NCBI RefSeq assembly: GCF_036971445.1
Contig: NC_091482.1
Location: 55,986,001-56,050,000 of the forward strand
Reading direction: 5' to 3'
DNA from: Narcine bancroftii
Lineage: Eukaryota
DNA length: 64,000 nucleotides
The position numbers and the translations under genes are program-made. This document shows, piece after piece, positions 39,099-52,986 of the stretch. Each line of letters starts with the position of its first letter. The stretch's first letter is position 1. The notes under the pieces were generated by a model, which saw nothing but the letters and a program-made list of their open reading frames with translations, searched no databases and had not been told where the DNA came from.

Positions 39099-40020
39099 TC
39101 CATGTAGAAAGCATCAAAAATGCATGAGCATTCTATTAATACTAAGGTTACAACTGCATAAAATACATGGGCATAAATAACACTGGACAATGAAAATTTT
39201 GCTTTCTGAATGTATTTTATGGATTTTGGGATGCTGATCACAACAATTACCTTAAAATTTTCCTATCAGATTGATTTTTAGAGTAGATTTGTCACTCTCT
39301 TCATGGGGGCTCCAGGTTCAGCACCAATAGAGAAAGAAGGCAGGGACTACAAGTTGGAAATCATCAGCAAGTCAGGCCACAGCTACGGTAAGAGAAATGG
39401 TAGTACTAAAATCCTTCATCAAATGCTGAGCTATTATTGGGAATTATTGGGAATTGAAACCTGTTTCCACTCAGTACTTGTCCAGATGACAGCTAGTGTC
39501 AAAGGTTGACATTATTTGGAAACTATACTCCCCTACTTTCAGATATCCCACTATGGGAAAACATTGGCCAAGGATCCATCTTATTTATTGCTCATCCCCT
39601 CCAAAATGATCGAATACGTTTCACTTCGCATTGCTTGAAATTCCTGTGAGCACAGGCCCAACCTTCTCTAATACACAAATCTCCTGTATCTCCTTGTGAA
39701 CCTTTACTGTGCATCCTCCAAAGCTGGTACAGCCTTCAGTAAATACAGAGGTTAAAATTGTATGTTGTATTCCAGATGCAGCCTCACCAGGGCCCAGTGA
39801 AGTTACATCACCATTTTATATTCTATACCCAATGTTTCCTCCAATTTTTAGTAGTCAACGTGCACAGAAATCCTAGGCAGTATTTTTTTCTCTGTGACAA
39901 CTCTATGTGCGCACTGAATGCTTGAGAAAATGTAAACTTGAAATTGTTTCAAGATAATTTTGGCACAGCCTACCTCTCATGGCTAATAAAACTGTATTTG
40001 CACGTTTTGATATAATGATT

Positions 40021-43000
40021 TGTAGGGGCAGCTACACAGCTCCTGCAATAACACACGCAACCAGACGGGTTGAGCTCAGTGAGCAGACTAGTTTATTGCA
40101 GGCTGCTGGGCTGCACTTATACTCCCAGCCTGGATCTGGCTGAGAATTGCACTGGAGGGTTCTGACGTCACCCAGGTGTCACGTGGGCCCCAAGTGCGGG
40201 TTTCTGAGCCCTGAGCTGGAAGGAAGGGAAACCCCCGACAGCGCCATTTTGGCCAGCTGCCCCATCACGTGGTTTATAAGCGGGGCCGGTTCGCCTGGCT
40301 TGTGAACCGGCACCGATGTCCTTTTTTTGCCAGGCAGCCTCACTTCTTGGGCTGGGCAACAACCACTGGCTCGGTGGGATCCAGTTGCGCTGGCTTCAGC
40401 CTGTCCATGGTAAACAGCTCATGCCTGCCACCCAAGTCCAGCGTGAACATCAAGCCGGAACACTGTATAACCCTGAACAGACCCTCGTATGGTCGCTGCA
40501 GACATGCCACGGTCGGGCCCCGCCGAACAAAATTGAATTCTGCAGAAAGCAGCTCGCCAGGAACATGAGTGCCATGTCTGGGTGGCGGTGGGAGTTTGAA
40601 AGAGTCCAAGCGTGCCCTGAGGTGAGGAAGTAGTTCGTGCGGCAACCACTGGCGATTGTGAGGTGCGTTGACGAACTCACCAGGTAGTGCCAGTGGCGCA
40701 CTGTAGACCAGCTCAGTTGATGACACCTGCAGATCTTCCTTGGGAGTGGAGTGGATGCCCAGGAGCACCCAAGGCAGTTCATCCATCCAGTTGGGGCAGT
40801 GAGGCAGGCCATGAGCACCGACTTAAGGTGGTGGTGCAGACGTTCGACCAGTCCATTGGCCTGCGGGGGTAGGCCGTGATGCGGGGTAGCTGTATCCCCA
40901 AACTGTTGGCGAGCTGTGCCCAGAGCCCAGATGTGAACTGGGCACCCCGATCGCTGGTGAGGTAAGCTGGGACGCCGAACCAGGCGACCCAACCATGCAA
41001 CAGGGCTCGGGAGCAGGAGTCGGTGGAGGCGTCTAGCATGGGGATTGCCTCTGGCCAGCGAGTGGTGTGGTCCACCACCATAAACAGGTAATGGTTAACC
41101 CGGGAAACAGGTAAGGGCCCGACGATGTCCACGTGAATGTGGCTGAAATGTTCCCGGACGTGCTCAAACTCTTGTACGGGCGCCCTGTTGAGCATGTGCA
41201 CCTTGGACGTCTGGCAATGGGTGCATGTTCTGGCCCAGCCCGCGATCTGCTTCCGCAGCCCATGCCATATGAACTGTTCTGCCACCATCCGGACCGTGGA
41301 CCAGATGGACGAATGTGAAAGGTCGTGGATGTGACGGAAGACCTGCCTGCGCCACTGCTGTGGAACCACTGGCCACTGGGTCCCCAAGGAGATATCGCAC
41401 AGGACAGTGCCTTTGCTGTTCAGAGTCGGGAGGTCTCGGAACCCCAGGACAGTGATGGCGATCTTGAAGGCTCTCATCTCCTCATCAGCTTCCTGGTCCC
41501 GGGTGAGCTGGTCGAAGTCGAGGCGAGGCATCAGCGCGCAGATGGCCAGTCGTGAGAGTGCATCGGCAACCACATTGTCCTTCCCCGCCTTGTGCCAAAT
41601 GTCAGTGGTAAACTCCAACACGAAGGAGAGGTGACACTGCTGCCAGGCTAACCAGGGATCTTTTGCCATCACAAGCACCTGGGTGAGGGGTTTGTGGTCC
41701 TCCCCTCCAATAAAACAGCAGAAATGCCACACCGCCAGGTACATGCCCAGTAACTCGCAGTCAAAGGCACTATACTTGCGTTCCAGCAGGCGGAGCAGGC
41801 GGCTGAAGAATGCCAGCGGTTTCCAATGCCCATGCATCTGCTGCTCCAGGACGACACTGACGGCTGTGGCAGAGGCATCGACAGAGAGTGCCATATGCAG
41901 GTCAGTGTGTGGTTGGGTGAGCATGGCGGCCTTCACGAGGGCACCCTTGGTGGCCTCAAACGCAGTGCATGCTTCTGGGTTCCAAGCGAGCGTCTTGTGC
42001 TTGGCTGTGATGAGGGCGAACAGTGGCTGAATGATGGGCGCAGCTCCCGGGATGAAGCGGTTGTAAAAGTTTACCATACCCGCAAACTCCTGCAGCCACT
42101 CGAGGCTGTTCAGGCGTGGGAACTCCCTGATAGCAGCAACCTTCACAGCGGTGGGCATGGCTCCTTCGGCCATGATGGTATGGCCCAGGAACTGCATGGA
42201 CTCTTTCCCGAACTGACACTTGCAGAGTTGATGGTATGGCTGAAGTCGGCCAGCCGAGAAAAAAGGGCATATAGGTGGGCCTTGTGTTGCACCCGGTCCT
42301 TGCTGGCAACAAGGATGTCATCCAAATAAATAAAGACAAAATCCAAGTCTCTGCCCACAGAGCCCATGAGGCACTGGAAGGTCTGAGTGGCGTTCTTGAG
42401 CCCGAAAGGCATGTGCAGGAATTCGAACAGGCCAAAGAAGGTGATGATGGCCATCTTGCGTATGTCCTCAGGGTGCACCGGGATCTGGTGATATCCACGC
42501 ACCAGGTTAACCTTGGAGAAAACCCTCGTGCCGTGCAGGTTGGCTGTAAAGTCGTGGATGTGAGGGATGGAGTAACGGTCAGGAACATTTGCCTCGTTGA
42601 GCCATCAATAGTCTCTGCAGGGACACCAGCCACTGGAGGCTTTCAGGACCAGGTGGAGTGGCGAGGCCCACGGGCTGTCGGACCGACGAATGATTCCCAG
42701 CTCCAACAGGTACAAAAATTCCTCCTTTGCTACCTGGAGCTCATCAGGCAGGAGCCAGCGTGCCTTGGTGTGAACTGGCAAGCCCTGGGTGGGGATGTGG
42801 TGGAACACCCTGTGGTGCGGCGAGGCAAGGCAGTGGAGAACTGTGGCTTGAGGAGTGTTGGGAACTCTGGGCATGCTGATCGTGACCATCTGTGGTTGCT
42901 CCGAGCTGGAGGCATCGAGGCAAATGGTCTGGAAGGTACAGGCGTCTACCAGGCACCTACCTTGAATGTCCACCAGAAACCCATGTGCGAGGAGGAAGTC

Positions 43001-44270
43001 TGCACCAAGGATGGCAGTCGGGAGGAACGAGACAGTGAACCTCCATGCAAAATTCCATTGGCCGATCTGGAAGTGGACTGTCTTGTCTCCATACATCCGG
43101 ATTGCCATTGCGTTGGCCTCACGGAGGGGAGGTCCACGAGGTTGGTTCCTGGATTCGATGGTCATGGCTAGGATAATCCTGATCTGGGCTCCAGTGTCAA
43201 TGTGGAACCGCTGGCCACTGACCGAGTCCCGCAGATAGAGAAGGCTGTGTCCTTGGCCAGACCCTGAAGCCATTATCAGCGGCCAGCCTGGTCGTTTCCC
43301 TGGAATGAGCAGGGCTGATGACACTTCCGAGCCTTGGCTCCCCAGTACTGGTGGAAGACGCAGAGGCCTGAATCGGATGCTGTGGCCTTGGTTATGCTCT
43401 TGGGGCCCCCTGCAGGGGCCAGGTGCTCTACCGCAGCACTAGGGGAAGGCTTAGCGTGCCTCGTGACCTGCTGGACCACTGAGTATTCCGAGCCCATAGC
43501 TCTTGGGCATTCTAGGCGACCTTCCTCAGTTCAGTGAAGCTCTCCTGAACCAGCAGCGGGCGGATGTCCCCAGGCGTAAGTTGAAGGAAGATGCACTTGA
43601 AAAGTGGGCAGTGGTGTGCTCACCCATGAGCGTGAGCATCTCGTCCATCAGTTCCATCGGGGAGCTGTTCCCCAGGGCGTCGAGGTGCAGCACCCGAGCG
43701 GCATGCTGGTGTCTGGATAGTCCGAGGGACCCTGTAAGCACTCGCTTGATGGTCTCATACTTGTCCTTGGTGGTTGGGTGCTGAACAAGGTGCAGCACGT
43801 GTCTGGCGGTAGCTTGGTCCAGAGCAGCGACCACATGGTAGAATTTGGTCGTCTCAGACGAAATCTGGCGGAGGTGAACCAGGTCTCCGGCTCCTGAACC
43901 CCGAATTCAGGCAGTTTCACGGCTATAGCGCTGATCCCAGGCTCGCTCATGATGGGTTCAAATATGTTTGAACCAGTCAGGGTCACCAATTGTAGCAGCG
44001 GCTACACTGCTTCTGCAATAACACACGCAACCAGACAGGTTGAGCTCAGTGAGCAGACTAGTTTATTGCAGGCTGCTGGGCTGCACTTATACTCCCAGCC
44101 CGGACCTGGCTGAGAACTGCACTGGAGGGCGCTGACATCAATCGGGCATCACGTGGTTCCCAAGCACGGGTTTCTGAGCCCTGAGCTAGTAGGAAGGGAA
44201 ACTCCTGACGGCGCCATTTTGGCCTGCTACCCCGTGGATCGGTTTGCCTGCCTTGTGATGAGCAGCCACA
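40021..44270 (-). mobile_element. Ty3/Gypsy LTR retrotransposon (CsRn1-like), decayed, with both LTRs
   Basis: LTRs 43991-44270 and 40021-40305; 4-bp TSD GATT; PBS TGGTGACCCTGAC at 43989-43977. Gag from 43950 with CVFHQYWGAKARKCHQPC; protease IDTGA; RT YLDD; RNase H DAS; integrase HDLSH..CTHC, VDIVGPLP, SDRGAQF, NGLVER. Multiple frameshifts. Confidence 0.95.
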
Positions 44271-44580
44271 GATTATTATATTAAATCTTAACTAAATACA
44301 ATATTTATGATTGCATTCTGTGAAGTAACATATTTAGTTTAGATTTTATTCTATACTTTGAACTACTTTGTTCAGTTTGTTCCATTAAATAAAACATCAA
44401 TGAGTATTTCTTATTTTTATGTGATGAAATATCTAAATAAGTTAATAACAATGTCTAAATTTAAAAATAAAAAATAAATAAATGCAAACCATGCTCAAAG
44501 TATATATTTAAATAAAACATTCAATTACAAAGCTAGTCAACAAACTATCCAGATCCTTAATATAAAACAGTTTATGTAGG

Positions 44581-44773
44581 TTTCTTTGGCTTGGCTTCAC
44601 GGACGAAGATTTATGGAGGGGGTAAATGTCCACGTCAGCTGCAGGCTCGTTTGTGGCTGACAAGTCCGATGCGGGACAGGCAGACACGGTTGCAACGGTT
44701 GCAAGGGAAAATTGGTTGGTTGGGGTTGGGTGTTGGGTTTTTCCTCCTTTGTCTTTTGACAGTGAGGTGGGCT
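44581..44773 (-). mobile_element. RTE 3' end
   Basis: Near-identical to 38914-39098 and 53918-54110. Confidence 0.92.
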
Positions 44774-45699
44774 GTATAATTATTAACTATATTATTTTAG
44801 GTAACTAACTTTTTGTACGCACCTTCATTTCCGTTGTACACACAGCTTAGAGGGAATAACGCCTATACCCCATGCAATAATGAACAGCATGCTATTTGCT
44901 TTTCTGATTGCTTGCTGTGTCTTGTATACTATTTCTGAGCATATGGATTCCCAAGTAACTTTATGTCACCAAAAGATACACATCAAAGTCTTCCTTCCAA
45001 CGTGATCATCTCACATTTTCCCTCGTTATACTCCATTAATATTAACTACTTATTTAACCTTTGCAGGCTCTTGGCATACAAAAATAAATAAGTTAGCAAG
45101 TGGTGAAGAGTATCAGCAAATTTGGCTGCCGTGGACTGGTTCCTTCATCCAAGTCCGCAACGCAGATTGAAAACAACGGAGGTCCAAGAGCTGGTTTCTA
45201 CTAATTGAGTTACAATTGGAAAATGACAAATTTATCCTGAGTTTCTGCAAGTTCACCGTTTCCCTATCAAGGCCGATGCATTACAGCATATTACCCCCAA
45301 TCCCATGTTCTCATATCATTCATGGTAATCTTTCATATGGCACCTTAGTGAATTTCTACTGGAAATCCAAATATTTTGTCCATACTGTTTGTTACCATCT
45401 CAAATTACTTTTAGAAAATTTGTCCAATATGATTTTGCTTTCATAAAGCGATTGCCTTACAATTTTTTTTATTTTATTTTATTTTTTTTAATATATATAT
45501 AAATGTCCTGTTATCAACTCCTCAAAATGGATTTCAGAAATGGCAAAAAATTAGGTTATCCTGGTCTCTTTGGCCCATTTTTCTTGAACAATGGAGTGAT
45601 ATTTGTAGTTTCCTAAACTGCTAAGACTGCTCCCGGACTCAGAATTGGTTACAAATTGATTATAACTAATCAGCATCACTTCCATTAAATTTAAATTTT

Positions 45700-45917
45700 A
45701 AATTTAGTCAAACAGCGCAATAACAGGACTTTTCGGCCCACAAGCTCAAGCTGCCCAATTACATCCAATTAACCTACAACGCCCAATACATTTCAAACAG
45801 TGGGAGGAAACCAGAGCCCCTGGTGGAAACCCACGTTGACACAGAAAGAATGTACAAACTTCTTACAGACAGCGCGGGATTTGAACCCCAGTCCTGATCA
45901 CTGCACTGCACTAACCA
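45700..45917 (-). mobile_element. V-SINE (HE1-like)
   Basis: Box B GGTTCAAATCC, V-domain and tail as in the 16902 copy. Confidence 0.8.
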
Positions 45918-45979
45918 TAATGCAGGACCAGATGACCTGCCGGCCTTTGGCACTATTAGTTTGCCGAGTACCCTTTTAG

Positions 45980-48880
45980 AACCATAGGACACTACAGCAC
46001 AGAAAACAGTCCATTCAGCCCTAGTACTCCGAGCCAGCTAGTCCCACTGACCTGTTCCCACTCCATAACCCTCCAGACCTCTCCCATCCATGTATCTATC
46101 CAATCTATTCTTAAAACTCAAGATCAAGCCTGCATTCAACACATCAGATGGTAGTCCATTTCACATTCCCACCACTTTCTGAGTGAAGAATTGTCCCTTA
46201 ATGTTCCCCCTAAACCTTTCCCCTTTCAGCTATGGCCTCTCCCCCAATCTGTGGAAAAAGCCTACTCTAGCTTTACCTCTCATAATCTTGTAAGCTTCTA
46301 TCAAATCTCCCCCCATTCTTCTTTACTCCAATGAGTGGTTTAACCTGTTTAATCTTTCCCCGTAACTCAACTCCTGAAGACCCAACAGTCTAGTAAATCT
46401 TCTGTGCATCTTTCAATCTTATTGATATCCTTCCTGTAGCTAGGTGACCAGAATTGCACACAATATTCCAAATTTGCCTTCACCAACGTCTTAAACAACA
46501 TAACATCCCAACTCCTATACTCAATACTTTGATTTATAAAGGCTAAGTGCCAAGTACTTTCTTCGCTCCTCCACAGTCCTCAGTGTCCTACCATTTACTG
46601 TGTACATCCTACCTTAGTTTTCCCTTCCAAAATGCATTACCTGACATTTGTCTGCATTAAACACCATCTCCTATTTTTTTGGCCCATTCTCCCAGTTGGT
46701 CCAGAAACCTCTGCAAGCTTTAAAAATATTCCTCACTCTCCACAGCGCCTCCTATCTTTGTGTCATCAGCAAACTTGCTGATCCAATTTACCGCATTATC
46801 AACCAGATCATTGATATAGTCCACAAACAACAATGGCCCCAACACAGATCCCTGAGGCACACTACTAGTCACAAGCCTCCCTTTTGAGAAGCATCCATCC
46901 ACTACCACTCTGTTTTCTCCCACACAGCCAATTACCAATCCAGTTTACAACCTCTCCATTGGATACCAAGTGACTAACCTCCCATGTGGGACCTTGTCAA
47001 AGACTTTACTAAAGTCGATGTGGACAATGTCCACAGCCTTTCCTTCATCTATCTTCTTGGTAACCTCGTCAAAAAACTCTCAAGATTTGTTAAACACCAT
47101 GTCGTGCTGACTGTCCTTAATCAGCCAATGGCTGTTCAAGTAACCTATATATCCTATCTCTTTGAACTCCTTCCAATAATTTACCTACTACTGACATCAG
47201 GCTCACCAGTCTGTAATTACCTGGTTTATTTTTGGGGCTTTTTTTTTTAAAAAAAAACAGGACAACATGAGCTACTCTCCAATCCTCTGGCACCTCACCC
47301 GTGGCTAAGAACATTTTAAATATATCTGCCGGGGCCCCTGTAATTTCTACACTAGTCACCCTCAAGATCCGAGTGAATATCATATCCAGCCTGAGGATTT
47401 ATCTGCTTTTATTCGCTATGAGGCAGCAAGTACTTCCATCTCCTTGATCTCCATATGTTCCATGATCCTTCTGTTTGTTTCCCTTCCTTCTTTATGCATT
47501 ACATGCGGTTTGACACTTAGTTGACCACTCCGATCCTCTAGGGCAGGGGTTACCAACCTTTTAGTTCCTCTGTACCCCTTGGGCATTTTTATAGGTTCCA
47601 GAGTACCCCTAAAAATTAAGAATTAAAAAAAAATGACATTGTGCAATCTGACTGCAGATTACAATACCATGTATTGTACAGTAGTGGTTATTCTCTCAGA
47701 CCCAATGTACCCCCTGAAAAGTGCAAATGTACCACTGGGGGTACATGTACCCCAGGTTGGGAACCCCTGCTCTAGGGGACCAATTTTGTCCCTTACTATC
47801 CTTTTACTCTTAATATACTAGTAGAAACCCTATGGGTTTACCTTCACATCATCTCCCAAAGCAACCTTTTGCCTTCCTGATTTCCTTGAGTATTTTCTTA
47901 CGTTTTCTGTACTCTTCAAGCACCTCATCAGTTCAGATATCTCACCAACTGCTCCAACATTCTTAATCCCTCCTTCTGCAAATCTAGTTTAAACCCATCA
48001 AGACAAGATTATAAAACCTAGCCACAAGGATATTAATCCCCTTCCAGTTCAGATGCAATCTGCTCCATCGGTAGAGATCCCACTGACCCTGGAACAGAGT
48101 CCAATGATCAAGAAATCTGAAGCCCTCCTTACTACTTCATGATGCCAGCCACAAGTTAAGCTGCCTTATTCTTCTATTTCTAACCTCACCAACATGTGGC
48201 ACGGGAAGCAATCTTGAGATCACTACCCTGGAAGTAGTCTTCAACCTCGCGTCCAGCTCCCTGAACTCATGGTGCCTTCATGGACCACGGTCATCCTCCC
48301 ACCTAAGAATGTCATGAACTCCATCTGAGATATCCAAGACCATGGCACCAGGGAGGCAACAGATCATATGGGTTTTACAATCTCCTCCACAGAACCTCTC
48401 ATCTGTCTTCCTATGGTGGAAGACCTATCACTACAGCTCACCTCATTTTACTTCTTCCTTTCTTAACCACAGCACCAGACTCCATGCCAGAGGCATGATT
48501 GCCATGACTTGTACCCAGTAGGTCATTGCCCTGAACAGTATCCAAACTTGTTTTTCAGGGGGATGCCTACCAGGGGGCCCTGCTCTACCTGCCTGTTCCC
48601 TCTCCTAACTGTGTATCCCATCTACCCTCTTCCTGTCTCCTAGGTGTAATAGTGTCCCTGTAGCTCCTATTTTTCACACCTTCTACCTCTTGAATGCTCT
48701 GGAGTTTCTCCCACTTCTACTCCAAAGCCTTAACACGGCTTGTCAGGAGCATCAGCTGGATGCACTTCTTCCATTTATAGTAATCATGGAAACTACCAAC
48801 TTAACTAACAATCCACATCCAACAAGAGGAACATTCCCCTGCTCTGGGCTCCATGTCCAACCACTCCCCGCTATGCTGGT
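45980..48880 (-). mobile_element. Long, internally deleted CR1 element (ORF1 esterase and ORF2 RT remnants)
   Basis: RT: VPQGSVLGPLLF, ISKFADDTK, PEDWRVAHV, PGNYR. ORF1 SGNH-like: CCLPGA.V, GFRFLDHW..F...DLY...LHLNWKG. Confidence 0.85.
47544..47769. mobile_element. hAT (Charlie/MER5-like) MITE, 226 bp
   Basis: TIRs CAGGGGTTACCAACCT / AGGTTGGGAACCCCTG; perfect 8-bp TSD CTCTAGGG; internal GTACCCC repeats. Confidence 0.9.
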
Positions 48881-48978
48881 AGTGTGGCTCCTGGGGGAGG
48901 CAACAAAAAAAAAAAACAAATAAAACACCTGCGGCAAATTTCAGGAAAAAAACTTTGGAAAATTTCTCAACAACTCAC

Positions 48979-49010
48979 CAGTGGCAATTGAGAAAAGTTC
49001 CAGGAGATCA
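48979..49010 (-). pseudogene. Candidate small exon
   Basis: ctattttcag|TGATCTCCTGGAACTTTTCTCAATTGCCACTG|gtgagt; 32 nt reading DLLELFSIAT. Confidence 0.35.
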
Positions 49011-49979
49011 CTGAAAATAGTGATACACTACCAGCAATACTATTTCTGACAATTTAGACCAATAACAAAAAGAAAGACAAAGAATGATTGACTGAGTTTT
49101 CTGCTCGCCCCCACCCCTCCCATGATTAATTTTGGTAGTTATCTCGAGTTATGCAGCAAGGCCAGATCAACAAGATAAAATTACCACTGTGAAGTTAGAA
49201 ATTCACCTTCACAAACCCCTAAAACTGATCCAAATATCCAACATACAACAAACATAAAAGAAAGTGCTATTTAAATGTTTCAATTAATGATAATTTCAGT
49301 AATTAGACATAAACAGGTAGAAATCATGATTAGGTATGCCCACATGAATTCTGAAATGATTGAAAGAGTAAAAATGGCTTACGCATGTAGTATTATAGTA
49401 ACACACTGTGCTTAGACCTGCAAATTTGTAATTGTTAATGTTCTAACATTTATTAGTCTCTATTTCAGTGCATTAAGAGATTTGCAGCAACTTAATTGTT
49501 TTTTTCCACTTTATGGTGATTAATTCTTGAAAAGATGTACTGAAACTATAAAATAGATTTTTTGGATAAAGGTGTTTGGCTCCAACTGAAAAAGAAACAA
49601 TACACAATACATATTCCAGGATTTGAAAAGATATTGCTGAACATAGTTTCCAGTTATGTAAAAATGTAATATCCAGTTGTGACGCACGTAATATATTTTA
49701 CCATGTTTCTCAGTGCATTCAACTCTCAAAAATGTTACATATTCAAGAACCACTGGTTTATAAAGGAATAAAAATCTGTGTGCCAATAATAAATCATAAA
49801 GATATCAAAGAGGGTAACAATATGAAGATAGTCTCAAGATAATACAGATAAACACTACTCTCCAAGGGAAGACTTGCCAGTTTCCTGCAAATACTCTGAT
49901 TCTTCCTTATCCAACTTCATGGCCCTGTACAGATGCTAGCCTTGAGGCCATAAAGTTCAGTATTTCCATCACTCCACCA

Positions 49980-51240
49980 ACCATCGGCTCTGTGAAGGGA
50001 AGATTGTGCCTCACTAGTCTCATTGAGTTTTTCCAAGAAGGTAAAAAAAGAAATTGATGAGGGTAGGGCAAAAGATGTGGTCGACTTGGATTTTAGTAAG
50101 TGGAGATCACTTAAATCAGTATGGACTAGAGGAGCAGAGATGGCCTGTTTCCATACTGTAATTGTTATACGATTCTATGGCAAGAGCCCTCATGAGAGGT
50201 TCATTCAGAAAGTCATGAGGCATGGGATGTGTGGCTGTGTGGATAAAAAAAAATTGGCTTGCAAGTAGAAAGCAGAGAGTAAGAGTGGAAGAAAGTATTC
50301 CGTTTGAAGGTTGGTGGCTGGTGGAGTTCCACAAGGATCTGTTCTGGGACCCATGCTCTTTGCGATTTTTATAAATTACCTGGATGAAGAGGTAGAAGGA
50401 TGTTTAGAAAGTTTAAAGATGATACAAGGTTGAAGGATACAAGGTTGTATCCTTCATGATACAAGGATGAAGATGAAAACTGTCGAATGTTACAAGAGGA
50501 TATAGACAGGTTGCAGAGTTGGTTGGAATAGTGGCAGATGGAGTTCAAACTGAATAAGTGTAAGGTGATGCATTTTGGAAGGACAAACCAGAAGGTTGAG
50601 TATAGGGTTAATGGTCAGTTATGTAAGATTGTGGATGAACAGAGGTACCTTGGAGTCCAAATCTATATATCCCTCAAGGTTGCTGCACAGGTTGATAGAA
50701 TAGTTAAGAAGGGCTATGGAATGCTAGGCTTCATTAATAAGGGGATTGAGTTCAAGAGTAGAGAAGTCATGTTGTAACTCTACAAGTCTCTGGAGAAACC
50801 ACACTTCAAGCATTGTTCAGTTCTGGTTAATTCATTACAGGAAGGATATCGAAGCTATGGAGAGAGTACAGAAATTTACCTGGATTGGAAAATAAGCCTT
50901 GTAAGGCAAGGTGAGCAGAGCTGGGACTTTTTCCTTTGGAGTGTAGAAGGATGAGAGGAGACTTAATAGAGGTCTACAAGATTATGAGAGGACAGCCAGC
51001 ACCTGTTTCCTAGGGCAAGAATACCAAACATGAGAAGACATACATACAAAGTGAAGGGAGGGAGGTTTAGGGGCTTACATCATCAATAAGTTTTTTTTTA
51101 CTCTGAGTTGTGGGTACTTAGAATGCCTTGCCAGGAGGCTGAAACATTAGGGGCATTTAAGAGACTCTTAGGCACATGAATGGAAGAGGGTTATGGAGTA
51201 GGGAGGGTTTAGTATGCTGTAGATTTCTATGTTCTATGTT
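49980..51240 (+). mobile_element. CR1 LINE ORF2 3' portion
   Basis: CLTSLIEFF, LDFSK, GVPQGSVLGP, KCKVMHFG, GIEFKSREVML motifs; TTCTATG 3' repeats. Confidence 0.88.
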
Positions 51241-52305
51241 TTAGCTCCGTCTTGTTAGGAACCAAAATAATAGTTACATTTTTCACTTGTTTTAATTGAA
51301 TTCACTTAAATGTACTTGTATTAAAATCTTCTGAGTGAGCAATTTAACTTATTTTAGTTCTACAGGTTTCAATAAACTTTAATGTTTAGAATTTCTAATT
51401 CAAAATAAGGGGACCCAGATTCATTTGAACATTAATGTTTCTTCATTTTTGACCATTGAAATATCCTAATTTTTCTGGTTTGTTCACCAAAGTGAACGAC
51501 ATCACTTTTTTTAAAATAAATCATTCCATCAGCTAAGGTCTTGTCCCACTACAAATTGTGCATAATCACTTGAGGTCTCTCTTCATCTTGCACATGGTTA
51601 TGGATCCCAGCGAATTATCAGGATTGTTCACAGAAACAGGTGTTTTGGTTCACCATCATGTGCTACTTGTTTTAAAATCTACACCACTCAGTTTAGTATT
51701 GTTAACAATCTTGTAAATATGAAATTTGATTCTCTCATTCAAACTTTTTAAATACTTTCCATCAATCAGATTCATCGCAGCTTGCCAACCCAAGGAGCCC
51801 ATTTATTCACAACTCTTTAGTTTGTCTATTAATCAATCTCTCACCCCAAATCCAAATTCTCCAGTTCCGTTGATGAACTGTTCATGTGAGACTTTATTTA
51901 AAGTCTTTTTAAACACCTAAAAATGCCTCATCCATTGATCCCTCTCATCTATTCTATAGGCTACATCCTCATGGAACTCAAATAGATTTGTCAAACATAA
52001 TTTTTCTTTCATAAATCCATGCTAATTCTGCTTAATCCTGTGTTTTTCTTTTGCTTCACTTAGAAATGTTACAGATTGTCCTTTGTTTTTAATGTTATAT
52101 TTAGTTTCCTCTTTCAAACGGGGTCACATTTGATCTCCTCAAATCTGCAGGAATCATTCCAAATTCCAAAGAATTTTGTATGATTTATCAATGATTCCAC
52201 TAACTCGTTCAAAATTCAAGAATTTTCTTGGGTCCTTTGTACCTCAAACTTCCAATTTCCCCTTTGTTCAACTGATACCAGTATTTCTTTCTTTCAGTTC
52301 TTGGA

Positions 52306-52522
52306 TGGCGCAGCCTACGTAGCTGTTAGTGCAATGCTATTACAACACGAGTGATGTTGATTTGAATCTGGCGCTGTCTGTAAAGCGTTAGTTCGTTCTC
52401 CCCATAGCTGCATGCATTTCCCCTGTGTGCACCAGTTTCCTTCCCACTGTTCAAAACATATGGGGATTTGATGTTGATTGGTGTATTTGGAAGGGCCTGT
52501 TAGTGTGCTGCATATCTAATTT
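52306..52522 (+). mobile_element. V-SINE (HE1-like), diverged
   Basis: Head, V-domain (GTTCTCCCCATAGCTGCATGC...TTTCCTTCCCAC) and tail. Confidence 0.7.
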
Positions 52523-52919
52523 AATTCTTCATTCTCACTGAATTATTTTATCTTCATATTTCCAAAAGGTTTATGTGCTTTACATTTTGATTATGGCTTA
52601 ACAACATATCCCGTCACAGATATTTTTATACATTTTAGGCTTTAGTAAATAGATTCTAAATGCAGTTGCAAATGTTTACACATCACTGTTTTATCTTTTA
52701 TTCAGTATCTTGCTTTTGTTTACAGTAGTATTTTTTTTTTCTTTCCTGACAGATTAGCTATAATTCTGCATGGTCTATTCTTGCAAAATGCCAATGTTGG
52801 AAAGGTCCAAAACCATGTTTTTTTTTGTGCGCTCCCTGTCAATTGGTCCAAGGACAGAAAATGGACTTAGAGGAGGCACTGAATGTTTGACAGTGCAACG
52901 GCTTTTAACATTCTATTAC

Positions 52920-52986
52920 CCACACTTGCAAAGAGATCTGCTCCTGCCAATTACAGAACAACCTCCTAGCTTTTACACGAAAGGCT
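52920..52986 (-). pseudogene. Candidate exon
   Basis: tttaattttcag|...GTGTGG|gtaata; 67 nt reading AFRVKARRLFCNWQEQISLQVW. The true exon may extend further. Confidence 0.3.

Larger units (their letters stand above)
39830..44861. mobile_element. hAT-type non-autonomous element hosting the Gypsy and an RTE insertion
   Basis: Ends CAATGTTTCCTCC / AGAGGGAATAACG (degenerate TIRs); 8-bp TSD TCTATACC/CCTATACC; CR1-like sequence resumes on both sides. Confidence 0.6.

Noticed and set aside
42275-43171. 298-aa plus-strand ORF and other antisense ORFs in the Gypsy element
   Set aside because: Shadow frames of GC-rich pol coding sequence.
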